DNA from: Bacteroidota bacterium
GTDB lineage: Bacteria; Bacteroidota; Bacteroidia; Flavobacteriales; Flavobacteriaceae
Direction of reading: 5' to 3'
Assembly (NCBI GenBank): GCA_023427845.1
Contig: JAEYZX010000131.1
Coordinates: 1-56,001 of the forward strand
DNA length: 56,001 bases
Position 1 is the first letter of the stretch, and each line of letters begins with the position of its first letter. The translations under genes and the position numbers were made by a program. The notes under the pieces are model-generated. The model searched no databases. It was not told the DNA's origin and was given only the letters and a program-made list of their open reading frames with translations. Shown piece by piece: positions 41,930 to 50,741 of this stretch.

Positions 41930-42429
41930 AATCTATATCCCTCCTACTAATTGCAGCCTTTTCGGTGATTTCATGTTCACCGGAACAAAAGACCGAACTA
42001 TCGGAAGTTTCGCTTTCTGAAAAACTACAATCGACTGACGGAACCGAAAGAACATTTGGCGAAGCACTTGATTCCCATAAAGGCAAAATTACTGTTGTAG
42101 AATTCTGGGCTTCCTGGTGCAGCGATTGCATCAAGGCGATGCCGAAGCTAAAAGCACTTCAGCAGCAACACCCTGAGGTTGAATACGTTTTTGTATCACT
42201 CGACAAAACTCCTGAAAAATGGAAAGCGGGTATAGAAAAACATCAGCTAAATGGCGATCATTATCTCGTGACCGATCCTGACGGAATGAAAGGAGAATTT
42301 GGAAAAAGCATCGATTTGAATTGGATCCCACGTTACATGATCATCGACAAAGAAGGCAAGGTTGCATTATATCGCGCAATCGAAACCGATTTCGAAAAAA
42401 TAGACACTATTTTAAAAAATCTGAAATAA
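41926..42429 (+). CDS. TlpA-family thiol:disulfide redoxin, lipoprotein
   Basis: Lipobox VISC; FWASWCSDC; WIPRY. Confidence 0.92.
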   Translation: MKSISLLLIAAFSVISCSPEQKTELSEVSLSEKLQSTDGTERTFGEALDSHKGKITVVEFWASWCSDCIKAMPKLKALQQQHPEVEYVFVSLDKTPEKWKAGIEKHQLNGDHYLVTDPDGMKGEFGKSIDLNWIPRYMIIDKEGKVALYRAIETDFEKIDTILKNLK

Positions 42430-43184
42430 TGAGAAGAAAGATCGTAGCCGGAAACTGGAAGATGCATAAAAATGCCGAAGAAACGGAAGATTTGCTAAAC
42501 GAACTGATCGATCAACTTCCTGACGATGCCGAAGTGGAAATTATCGTGGCGCCTACATTCGTTAATTTAGCATCTGCAGTCGACCATCTTGAATTCACCA
42601 ATATTGGCGTGGCCGCACAAAATATGCACCAGGCCGAAAGTGGCGCCTATACGGGTGAGATTTCAGCCGACATGCTAAAAAGCATCGGGGTGAATACGGT
42701 CATCCTCGGTCATTCGGAACGGCGCGCCTACTTCAATGAAACCGATTCGATCATTGCATACAAGACCGACACAGCGCTAAAACACGACATGACCGTAATC
42801 TTTTGTTTCGGTGAAGAACTCAAAGACCGCCAATCAGACAATCATTTCAATATAGTGGAAAACCAATTGCGCGATGGCCTTTTTCATATTGAGGAGCGCA
42901 GTTGGGAAAACATCATCCTTGCATACGAGCCCGTTTGGGCAATAGGCACCGGTGAAACGGCCACACCTGAACAGGCCCAGGAAATGCATTTGTTCATCCG
43001 TGATACCATTCGGAAACGATTCGGAAACGATGTTGCCGAAATTGTTCCAATACTCTATGGCGGAAGTGTCAAACCTGACAATGCGAAAGAAATATTCTCA
43101 AACCCTGATGTCGACGGCGGACTCATAGGCGGCGCTGCGTTGAAAGCGGCAGATTTCGCTGCGATCGTGCGTGCATATGCCTAA
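42429..43184 (+). CDS. tpiA: Triosephosphate isomerase
   Basis: AGNWKM, GHSERR, AYEPVWAIGTG, LYGGSV; true ATG at 42429 (TAATG overlap). Confidence 0.98.
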   Translation: MRRKIVAGNWKMHKNAEETEDLLNELIDQLPDDAEVEIIVAPTFVNLASAVDHLEFTNIGVAAQNMHQAESGAYTGEISADMLKSIGVNTVILGHSERRAYFNETDSIIAYKTDTALKHDMTVIFCFGEELKDRQSDNHFNIVENQLRDGLFHIEERSWENIILAYEPVWAIGTGETATPEQAQEMHLFIRDTIRKRFGNDVAEIVPILYGGSVKPDNAKEIFSNPDVDGGLIGGAALKAADFAAIVRAYA

Positions 43185-43317
43185 AAAGAAAGGTGTTTCT
43201 TACGTAATGCGTTAAAAACTTGAAAAAGTACCCTGGATTTAAAGTACTTATAAAAAAACCAGTATTTTTGTCGCGAAAACAAATTATATGATTTCCCCTA
43301 ATCGTTATATAATTCCC

Positions 43318-43755
43318 ATGAAAAAATGCACCCTACTTTTTTTACTGCTGGTAAGCAGTATTTCGTTTGCCCAGGTAGACAGCCAAACCCGTTACATTTC
43401 TGATTCGCGACAATTTTACATGTGGAGCCCCGAAAAGGACAGCTACGAATTGAAAGATACCGAATACGAAAATTCCCTTATCGACATTCGTGAAATTGGA
43501 TCGAAAAGCAATGGTTATGTCGTGATTTCACTGACTGACAATGGTGTTACGCGAATGTACCACGGATCTATCACTGATTTTACCAAGAAAGACGGCGAAG
43601 GTTCATGGTCACTCCGCTCGAAAGTACTTCAAAGCAAACTGACCTACGATCCTGAAAAAAATACGTTTACGTATCTGTACGAAGCCGGAGACAAGCGTTT
43701 CAACAAAATCTTCGTATTCAATGTTTCTACCGATAAGGTTGCGAGCGTAAACTAG
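43318..43755 (+). CDS. Exported beta-rich hypothetical protein
   Basis: Sec signal MKKCTLLFLLLVSSISFA-Q; -7 box TATTTTTG at 43263-43270. Confidence 0.75.
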   Translation: MKKCTLLFLLLVSSISFAQVDSQTRYISDSRQFYMWSPEKDSYELKDTEYENSLIDIREIGSKSNGYVVISLTDNGVTRMYHGSITDFTKKDGEGSWSLRSKVLQSKLTYDPEKNTFTYLYEAGDKRFNKIFVFNVSTDKVASVN

Positions 43756-44975
43756 ATCCCAATTTCCACCTGGAACCGGACGTACCAATTATTTCTTGTC
43801 GTGCCATCGTAAAAATCAAGCGTATCGAAAGTTACCTCGGTCTGCAGTTTGAACGTATGTTCCCAGATGTATTTGGTGACACCCAGGCTGTATTGTTTGG
43901 TATGAGGTGCGAACTCGCGAATGTCTTCGCCAACCTTCTGGAGTGAATATCTACCTACAATTTCGTAATCCGTTGGAAATACATAACTCAGCTGATAATC
44001 AAATCCGCTACCGGTAAAAACGTAGCTGCTTTGAGCCGCGTCTTCCGGGTTGAACGTTACCGCATGTTCGTTTGTGGTTCTCGACATATAGCTGGACATT
44101 GCGGCCCAACCATTATACTTTAGCATCGCATCGAGGAAAACCGAACGCAATGTTCGTTTCTCAAACAAATCATCGCCCAATTGGCCTTGTGTACGTTGGG
44201 CATCATTATTTTGTGAAAAGACTCCCGAAAGCATCAATTTAGGTTTCGATTCCCGTACAAGGTCGCCTTCAAAATTCGAACCGTCACGGGTGAAGGCACC
44301 AAATGGAAAGATTTCGGCTTTTCCGGTCAACGCCACGCCATCATCTGCTTTATCCGTAATGTTGCGTCCTTCGCCTGTTGAAATTGCAGCTTTTAGATTA
44401 TATGAAAAACGATCCTGGTATTCGTTCAAATGATGAACCTGCAACCCAAAATCACGGTCTATCGTAAATTTGGCATTGTTGATGCTTCTGTCGGTCAGTT
44501 GCAAGGCACCCGATGAATTTACCCGTTGGCGGTTCCCGGGAAGCTTTGTTTGTCCGAACGTCAGGTTCCATTGTTTATTGGGCCGATAAAATATTGCCGC
44601 ATCACGAATAATGTTGATGTTTTCACCTTCCCGGGCCTCGCCCACATCACCGGGCGCGAATGAAAGCTGGATTGCATATAGAAGTTTCGGATCGCCAACA
44701 TAACCGTCAAACCGCAACCTGAGACGTCGGATCTGCCCATCGTATGTTGGATCTTCGCCCTCGTCGTTATAATAGGTCACTCGGTTTTGCATCCTGAAAC
44801 GTATGTTCAATTGAAAAAGGCTGTCAGGCGAGGTCATCCCCAAACCCTTACCGTAACTGTAATAGGGTAATGCTGAAAGTTTGACATCATTATCATTCTG
44901 AGTCCTTTCAATAGATATTTGTGCGGTGCTTACAAACGAGGCAAGCAACACTGCAAGGGTAAATAATATACGCAT
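43752..44975 (-). CDS. Outer-membrane porin, phosphate-selective porin O/P-like
   Basis: Signal peptide; IRRLRLRFDG, GQTKLPGNRQR, DRDFGLQ; C-terminal beta strand RFQVEIGI. Confidence 0.82.
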   Translation of the reverse strand: MRILFTLAVLLASFVSTAQISIERTQNDNDVKLSALPYYSYGKGLGMTSPDSLFQLNIRFRMQNRVTYYNDEGEDPTYDGQIRRLRLRFDGYVGDPKLLYAIQLSFAPGDVGEAREGENINIIRDAAIFYRPNKQWNLTFGQTKLPGNRQRVNSSGALQLTDRSINNAKFTIDRDFGLQVHHLNEYQDRFSYNLKAAISTGEGRNITDKADDGVALTGKAEIFPFGAFTRDGSNFEGDLVRESKPKLMLSGVFSQNNDAQRTQGQLGDDLFEKRTLRSVFLDAMLKYNGWAAMSSYMSRTTNEHAVTFNPEDAAQSSYVFTGSGFDYQLSYVFPTDYEIVGRYSLQKVGEDIREFAPHTKQYSLGVTKYIWEHTFKLQTEVTFDTLDFYDGTTRNNWYVRFQVEIGI

Positions 44976-44983
44976 GGATTTAA

Positions 44984-45074
44984 ATGTTAGGTTAAGTTTA
45001 CCGTGCCGCAAAACTAATGTTAATTTAAAAGTACAATATTAAGATAATATTACCTTTGCGGAAAACTAATGTTA
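44984..45074. promoter_or_regulatory. Divergent porin/prmA promoter region with -7 boxes and direct repeats
   Basis: TAGTTTTG (minus, 45009-45016), TACCTTTG (plus, 45051-45058), AAAACTAATGTTA twice. Confidence 0.55.
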
Positions 45075-45907
45075 TGCCCAATATGTATCTAGGATACCAT
45101 TTTACAGTAGAACCTAAAGAACTTGGCGCCGAAATTTTACTCGCCGAATTGGGCGAAAAACCATTTGAAAGTTTTGTGGAAAGTGAGTTCGGAATAATCG
45201 CTTACGTTCAAAAGCAATTATGGACAGAAGACATCCTTGAAGATCTTAATATTCTTAATTCGCCCGAATTTGTCGTATCTTATCGCGTCGAGGAAATCGA
45301 ACAGGTAAACTGGAATGAGGAATGGGAAAAGAATTTTGAACCGATAGACGTAGACGGTAAATGCCATGTGCGTGCGCCATTTCATCCGAAAACAGCAGCG
45401 GAATTCGATATCGTGATAGAACCTAAAATGAGTTTCGGCACCGGTCATCATGAAACTACCCACATGATGATCCAGCATCTTCTTGAGACGGATATCGACG
45501 GAATGAAGACCCTGGATATGGGATGTGGAACTGCGATCCTGGCAATTCTTGCCGAGATGAAAGGTGCCAGACCAATCGACGCAATCGACATCGACAACTG
45601 GTGTTACCTGAACTCCATCGAAAATGCAGAACGCAATGGTTGCGAACATATACAGGTTTTTGAAGGTGATGCCGATTTATTGAAAGGAAGAAATTACGAT
45701 TTGATAATTGCCAATATTAATCGAAATATTCTGCTGAATGACATGCAACATTATGTTGATTGCCTGAATCCGAATGGAATTTTACTCTTAAGCGGATTCT
45801 ATGAGGAAGACATACCTTTTATTGACGAAGCGTGCACTAAAAGAGGTCTGACATACATTAAAAAATTACAGAGAAATAATTGGGTTTCTTTAAAATACAC
45901 CAATTAA
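45074..45907 (+). CDS. prmA: Ribosomal protein L11 methyltransferase
   Basis: IEPKMSFGTGHHETT, LDMGCGTAILA, ANINRNIL, LSGFY. Confidence 0.96.
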   Translation: MPNMYLGYHFTVEPKELGAEILLAELGEKPFESFVESEFGIIAYVQKQLWTEDILEDLNILNSPEFVVSYRVEEIEQVNWNEEWEKNFEPIDVDGKCHVRAPFHPKTAAEFDIVIEPKMSFGTGHHETTHMMIQHLLETDIDGMKTLDMGCGTAILAILAEMKGARPIDAIDIDNWCYLNSIENAERNGCEHIQVFEGDADLLKGRNYDLIIANINRNILLNDMQHYVDCLNPNGILLLSGFYEEDIPFIDEACTKRGLTYIKKLQRNNWVSLKYTN

Positions 45908-45919
45908 AAAGCATTTGCC

Positions 45920-46195
45920 ATGAGCACGAAAGAAAAAGTATTTGAACTAACGGATGTTGCCGAGCAGGTTGGCATCAACAACGAAATCATAGTCTACAAC
46001 GACGATGTGAACACATTTGACCATGTCATCGCAACGCTGATACGCGTATGCAATCATACTGCCGAACAGGCTGAACAATGTGCATTGATCGTACATTACA
46101 AAGGAAAATGCACCGTCAAAACGGGCGTACTCGACGAATTGAAGCCGCAATGCACGCAATTGCTGGATGCCGGACTCAGCGCCGAGATTGTATAA
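45920..46195 (+). CDS. clpS: ATP-dependent Clp protease adaptor ClpS
   Basis: YNDDVNTFDHV, VHYKGK. Confidence 0.93.
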   Translation: MSTKEKVFELTDVAEQVGINNEIIVYNDDVNTFDHVIATLIRVCNHTAEQAEQCALIVHYKGKCTVKTGVLDELKPQCTQLLDAGLSAEIV

Positions 46196-46228
46196 AAAAA
46201 TCCTTAACTCGCGTTAAGGATTTCTTTT
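46194..46228. terminator. Bidirectional terminator between clpS and the lipocalin gene
   Basis: AAATCCTTAAC-TCGC-GTTAAGGATTT with A/T runs on both sides. Confidence 0.85.
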
Positions 46229-46229
46229 A

Positions 46230-46697
46230 TTATAGTCTTCTATAAACCTGCGTTACTTCCAACGAAACGCCTCCGGTATTTGATGTAGACTGCAACCTAA
46301 GTTCCGAGCCTGTCAATTTTGTTATGGTATACGTTCCTGCATCCAGCGGAGCTTCAATTTCAGCGTCATCATTTGTATCGACGATCGTCACAATGTCGCC
46401 CGATCTCGTCCAAACAGTTGTAACGACATCTTCGGCGCACGCATTTGCAACATTGTCATAATAAATTACGTATCGATAGGCGCCACCTTCAACAAACTCC
46501 CTATAATCCTTATCGCAGTCCGGTTCATTGCCGTCATAATTGGTAACGGTCTGGTTTCCGTTGAGAACTGCGATGGTCTTGGTTGGTGTCCATTTTCCTT
46601 CCAGTTCGGCCCGAGGTCCATCATCATCGTTGCTACAGGAAGTCATTAATAGCGCCGTGGCAGCAATTGTAGCGCATGCAAATCGAATCTGTTTCAT
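46230..46697 (-). CDS. Lipocalin-like lipoprotein
   Basis: Lipobox MTSC-SNDDD, LEGKW motif; -7 box TAAATTTG at 46721-46728. Confidence 0.8.
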   Translation of the reverse strand: MKQIRFACATIAATALLMTSCSNDDDGPRAELEGKWTPTKTIAVLNGNQTVTNYDGNEPDCDKDYREFVEGGAYRYVIYYDNVANACAEDVVTTVWTRSGDIVTIVDTNDDAEIEAPLDAGTYTITKLTGSELRLQSTSNTGGVSLEVTQVYRRL

Positions 46698-46789
46698 TTT
46701 TTTAGCTTTAGGGTTATTTTCAAATTTAGAAAAAATACATCGGGCTTACCGTTATTGGTAAATTTTTAGGATTATTTTATCAATAACGA

Positions 46790-47206
46790 TCAATGCGGTA
46801 GTTTCGTACGCACCAAGCCATATAAGAATGTTCCTGCCAAGGCTCCAATAAGGACGAACAACAGCGACCAGTACCCTGCGCCAAGCAAAATAAAAACCGG
46901 CCCCGGGCAAGTGCCTACCAACGCCCAGCCTAGCCCGAAAAATAATCCGCCGATCCAATATCGCAACGAGCCCGGTTCTTTGTCGGCAATTTCGATAGGC
47001 TGTCCTTTGATATCCTTTATATTCAATCGTTTAATAAGCTGAACGCCAATGAGTCCGGTTGCTATCGCAGTCATGATGATTCCGTACATATGGAACGATT
47101 GAAAATGAAACATTTCGTAAATACGGTACCATGATACCGCCTCCGATTTTGTCAAGACGATACCGAAAATGAACCCAACCAATAGATATTTGAATGCTTT
47201 TATCAT
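46790..47206 (-). CDS. YeeE/YedE sulfur-compound transporter half (DUF6691-like)
   Basis: GLFFGLGWALVGTCPGP. Confidence 0.88.
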   Translation of the reverse strand: MIKAFKYLLVGFIFGIVLTKSEAVSWYRIYEMFHFQSFHMYGIIMTAIATGLIGVQLIKRLNIKDIKGQPIEIADKEPGSLRYWIGGLFFGLGWALVGTCPGPVFILLGAGYWSLLFVLIGALAGTFLYGLVRTKLPH

Positions 47207-47209
47207 TTT

Positions 47210-47773
47210 TTATTTATTGAAAATTAAAGGTAAAATGAGGTGCGCCATGATGAGTCCACCGATAAAAAAACCAATAACTGCTTTAAGCGACGGCACTTGC
47301 AGATTGCTCAGTCCGGATATTGCGTGCCCTGATGTACAACCACCCGCATACCGGCTTCCGAAACCGATGAGGATTCCGCCTACAATCAGTATGAAAATCA
47401 TTTTCGGATAAGAAAATACTTCATCACCAAAGAATGTGTCCGGCAAAAGTTTACCATTTGGAGCATCAATTCCGAGGTAATCGAGTTGGGCTATAGTTTT
47501 AGGGTTGATTGCAACATTTGTGGGATCACTCATATGATTCACCGCAACATATCCGCCAAGCATCGCACCTGCAACCACTGCAAGGTTCCAACGCTGCGAC
47601 TTCCAGTCGAAATTGAAAAACTCAACAAACTTGCCCGCTCCGGCAATAGTGCAAATCGAACGCAGGTTAGACGACATCCCGAAGACTTTTCCGAAATAGA
47701 TCAGGCATAACATTATCAATCCGATCAGGAAACCTGAAACATACCATGGCCAGGTTTGGAATAGTGCGTCCAT
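47210..47773 (-). CDS. YeeE/YedE sulfur-compound transporter half
   Basis: WPWYVSG, GFGSRYAGGCTSGHAISG; -7 box at 47786-47793 favours ATG 47773. Confidence 0.9.
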   Translation of the reverse strand: MDALFQTWPWYVSGFLIGLIMLCLIYFGKVFGMSSNLRSICTIAGAGKFVEFFNFDWKSQRWNLAVVAGAMLGGYVAVNHMSDPTNVAINPKTIAQLDYLGIDAPNGKLLPDTFFGDEVFSYPKMIFILIVGGILIGFGSRYAGGCTSGHAISGLSNLQVPSLKAVIGFFIGGLIMAHLILPLIFNK

Positions 47774-47871
47774 ATTTTTTTTATGCAAAAATAGGAATTA
47801 CGGCGCATGCGGGGATGTTTCGATTCATTAAAATAAACCTTAACTTTGAAATCACAAAACGTAATTTCCAA

Positions 47872-48360
47872 ATGGGTAAATTCGGAATAGAAATTAAGTG
47901 GGGAATCATTTTCTCATTCGCAGTGCTTGCGTGGGCGTTTCTTGAAAAAAGCATCGGACTGTATGACGACGCAATATCCAATTATGCGTTGTTCACGAAC
48001 TTATTTGGGTTTGTGGCGATACTGATATATGCGCTGGCAATCCGCGAAAAAAAAATCGAATATTTCAACGGGGATATGAACTGGAAACAAGGATTTGTTT
48101 CAGGTGTGGTGTTGACGGTGGTCGTCACAATATTCACACCACTTTGCCAGTTTATAATTCACAAGTTCATCGCACCTGAATTCTTTCCAAACCTGATTCG
48201 CTACAAGGTAGAATCGCGGTACCTGACGCGTGAGGCTGCCGAAGGTTATTTTAACCTTGAGACCTACATCTACCAAAACAGCTCGTTCACACTGTCGATG
48301 GGGATTGTGACCGCAGCAGCAGTCGCTTATTTCATACGAACAAAAAAACAGCAATCATGA
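47872..48360 (+). CDS. DUF4199 family membrane protein
   Basis: IEIKWG, MNWKQGFVSG, 4 TM; -7 box TAACTTTG at 47841-47848. Confidence 0.82.
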   Translation: MGKFGIEIKWGIIFSFAVLAWAFLEKSIGLYDDAISNYALFTNLFGFVAILIYALAIREKKIEYFNGDMNWKQGFVSGVVLTVVVTIFTPLCQFIIHKFIAPEFFPNLIRYKVESRYLTREAAEGYFNLETYIYQNSSFTLSMGIVTAAAVAYFIRTKKQQS

Positions 48361-48809
48361 GGAAGTATTTAATCGTTTTCGTCATTGCTTCAATTATATC
48401 GTCTTGTATAAGCACGAAGTCGACCATACAAAACATCGACGACAATGCGCCTATTCCCAAATTAACCAAGGAAAATACATTTGTGCTGACAGAATTCAGT
48501 ACCGATGCGCGTTACGGATATGACCCCGATTTCCCGATCAATGTGTTTTATAAGACCACCAAAGACGAAAACATCAACCAGCAACGATTCCTAAATGCGC
48601 TTGCCGGGCCAAAAGGCGAAACGGTTACATTTACGAAAGTAGAAAGCTGCTGTCCGTTTCCGACAAAGCGCACCGACATTGGCGCAGGATTCCTCGACAT
48701 TTATGAGGTGACTTGGGAAGGAAATAAAAAACCACTCCGACTGTACCTGAATATATATGAAAAAGGGAAACTGATGGTTCCCGTTGGATTCACCATCAAA
48801 CAAAATTAA
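48357..48809 (+). CDS. Conserved lipoprotein of unknown function
   Basis: Lipobox ISSC; YGY..PI, FLNALAGPKGE, SCCPF, LDIYEV motifs; no KdsA motifs. Confidence 0.8.
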   Translation: MRKYLIVFVIASIISSCISTKSTIQNIDDNAPIPKLTKENTFVLTEFSTDARYGYDPDFPINVFYKTTKDENINQQRFLNALAGPKGETVTFTKVESCCPFPTKRTDIGAGFLDIYEVTWEGNKKPLRLYLNIYEKGKLMVPVGFTIKQN

Positions 48810-48820
48810 ATATCAAAATC

Positions 48821-49639
48821 ATGAATATAAATTCTATCAAAGGCATAAAGCATACCGAAAGCGGAAATTTTTTCCTGCTGGCCGGACCCTGCGCGATCGA
48901 AGGCGAAGAAATGGCACTTCGGATAGCCGAAACGCTTGTAAAAATAACCGACACGCTTCAGATACCATTTGTTTTTAAAGGATCGTTCAAAAAAGCCAAC
49001 CGCTCCCGGATCGACAGTTTCTCGGGAATCGGTGACGAAAAGGCGTTGCGTATCCTTAAAAAAGTCGCGGAAACATTTGACGTGCCAACAGTGACCGACA
49101 TCCATACCAATGAAGATGCCGCAATGGCAGCGCAATATGTCGATGTACTGCAAATCCCCGCTTTTCTTGTACGCCAAACCGATCTGGTAGTCGCCGCTGC
49201 AAACACCGGACGAACAGTCAACTTGAAAAAGGGCCAGTTTATGAGTCCGGAGAGCATGAAACATGCCGTACAGAAAGTGCTTGACTGCAACAACCAGAAT
49301 GTGATGGTGACCGATCGCGGAACAATGTTCGGTTATCAGGATATGATTGTCGATTATCGCGGAATACCAACGATGCGCGAATTCGCTACGACGGTGCTCG
49401 ATGTGACGCATTCTCTGCAGCAACCCAACCAGACCGCAGGAGTTACAGGCGGCCGTCCGGATATGATCGAAACGATCGCCAAGGCGGGGATTGCCGTGGG
49501 CGCCGACGGAATCTTCATCGAGACACATTTTGATCCGGCAAATGCCAAGAGCGATGGCGCTAACATGCTGCATCTAAACTATTTCGAGGACCTGATGAAA
49601 AAGCTTGTAGCGATTCGAAAAACTGTAAATTCTTTTTGA
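48821..49639 (+). CDS. kdsA: KDO 8-phosphate synthase
   Basis: AGPCAIE, KANRS, QIPAFL, KKGQF, DVTHSLQ, FIETH. Confidence 0.97.
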   Translation: MNINSIKGIKHTESGNFFLLAGPCAIEGEEMALRIAETLVKITDTLQIPFVFKGSFKKANRSRIDSFSGIGDEKALRILKKVAETFDVPTVTDIHTNEDAAMAAQYVDVLQIPAFLVRQTDLVVAAANTGRTVNLKKGQFMSPESMKHAVQKVLDCNNQNVMVTDRGTMFGYQDMIVDYRGIPTMREFATTVLDVTHSLQQPNQTAGVTGGRPDMIETIAKAGIAVGADGIFIETHFDPANAKSDGANMLHLNYFEDLMKKLVAIRKTVNSF

Positions 49640-49710
49640 CGAGGCTTCTCAAAGACGTTTTTTTTTATAATTAATCGTGGGAATATTTGGAGAATAAAAA
49701 TTTAAATCTT

Positions 49711-49734
49711 TACTTTGGTTTTCAAAGTACTTTA
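49711..49734. promoter_or_regulatory. Putative operator ACTTTG-N5-CAAAGT(ACTTTA), copy 1
   Basis: TACTTTGgttttCAAAGTACTTTA directly upstream of ATG 49738. Confidence 0.65.
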
Positions 49735-49737
49735 GCC

Positions 49738-50376
49738 ATGGAAGAAAAAGATTATCTATCCGACATCAGCGAGATCAAAAATATGATGAGCCGTTCATCG
49801 CAATTCATATCGTTGAGCGGGATGAGTGGTGTGCTCGCAGGAATATATGCCTTGGTGGGCGCGTTCGTAGCCGATTATATTCTAGACGGTTTCGTAACTT
49901 CAACACGCCTCACCTACTCGGCAGGCAGCTACAGCAGCAGTATAATCTATAGTGATATCGTTCAAACGCTGATCATAATTGCAATAACCGTCGTGATCCT
50001 TTCGGTTATAACGGGTCTGATGCTGAGCCGGGCAAAGGCAGAACGGCATGGCGAAACGCTTTGGAACAATTCGGCAAAACGACTCGTGACAAATTTTGCG
50101 ATTCCATTTGTTACCGGCGGCGTCTTCGCACTATTGCTGTTGAAAAACGAAATCTACGGACTCATAGCACCGGCAACTATGATTTTTTACGGACTCGCAT
50201 GTGTTAACGCAAGCAAATATACGCTGCGCGATGTGCGGTATCTGGGAATTACGTTGGTGATAGTCGGACTCGTAGCAATCGAATTCAGAGGTTACGCACT
50301 GCAATTCTGGGCGTTTGGATTTGGAATTTGCCACATATTCTACGGACTCATAATGCACTTCAAATACGATAGATAA
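49738..50376 (+). CDS. 6-TM hypothetical membrane protein
   Basis: DISEIKNMMSRSSQFISLSGMSG, FYGLACVNASKYT, GFGICHIFYG; first gene of the wHTH-creD cassette. Confidence 0.82.
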   Translation: MEEKDYLSDISEIKNMMSRSSQFISLSGMSGVLAGIYALVGAFVADYILDGFVTSTRLTYSAGSYSSSIIYSDIVQTLIIIAITVVILSVITGLMLSRAKAERHGETLWNNSAKRLVTNFAIPFVTGGVFALLLLKNEIYGLIAPATMIFYGLACVNASKYTLRDVRYLGITLVIVGLVAIEFRGYALQFWAFGFGICHIFYGLIMHFKYDR

Positions 50377-50379
50377 TAC

Positions 50380-50676
50380 GTGAAGAATATCATCCAAAAT
50401 ATAAACAAAGCTTTCGATCACCGAATACGGTTGGGCATTATGTCGGTGTTGATGGTCAACGAATCGGCCGATTTTACGACGCTGAAGGAACTGCTCGGCG
50501 TAACCGACGGTAATCTGGCATCGCATACGAAGGCACTCGAAGCTGAAAATTACATCACTATTGAAAAGCAATTCATCGGGCGAAAGCCGAATACCAGTTA
50601 TATCGCGACCAAGGAAGGTAAGAAAGCATTCACATCACATATCGAAGCGCTTGAAAAACTGATCAGCAAAACCTGA
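50380..50676 (+). CDS. Winged-helix transcriptional regulator (ArsR/MarR-like)
   Basis: RIRLGIMSVL, VTDGNLASH, GRKPNTSY; GTG start. Confidence 0.92.
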   Translation: MKNIIQNINKAFDHRIRLGIMSVLMVNESADFTTLKELLGVTDGNLASHTKALEAENYITIEKQFIGRKPNTSYIATKEGKKAFTSHIEALEKLISKT

Positions 50677-50693
50677 TATTTTTTTGTCTTTAA

Positions 50694-50716
50694 ACTTTGA
50701 AATTCAAAGTACTTTA
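50694..50716. promoter_or_regulatory. Putative operator ACTTTG-N5-CAAAGT(ACTTTA), copy 2
   Basis: ACTTTGaaattCAAAGTACTTTA upstream of creD. Confidence 0.65.
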
Positions 50717-50741
50717 ATATTAATCAATCAAATTAAAAACA

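Noticed and set aside
42321..42428. 36-aa N-terminal extension of TpiA in the ORF track
   Set aside because: Overlaps the TlpA gene; the canonical MRRKIVAGNWK start is at 42429
47746..47871. N-terminal extension of the DUF4199 ORF
   Set aside because: Covers the divergent promoter region; the -7 box supports ATG 47872
48357..48809. Second kdsA-like gene
   Set aside because: Lipoprotein without any KDO8P synthase motif; only adjacent to kdsA
48806..49573. 255-aa antisense ORF
   Set aside because: Shadow of kdsA; other long antisense ORFs (e.g. 28971-29615, 54548-55081, 37449-37886) are likewise shadows of conserved genes
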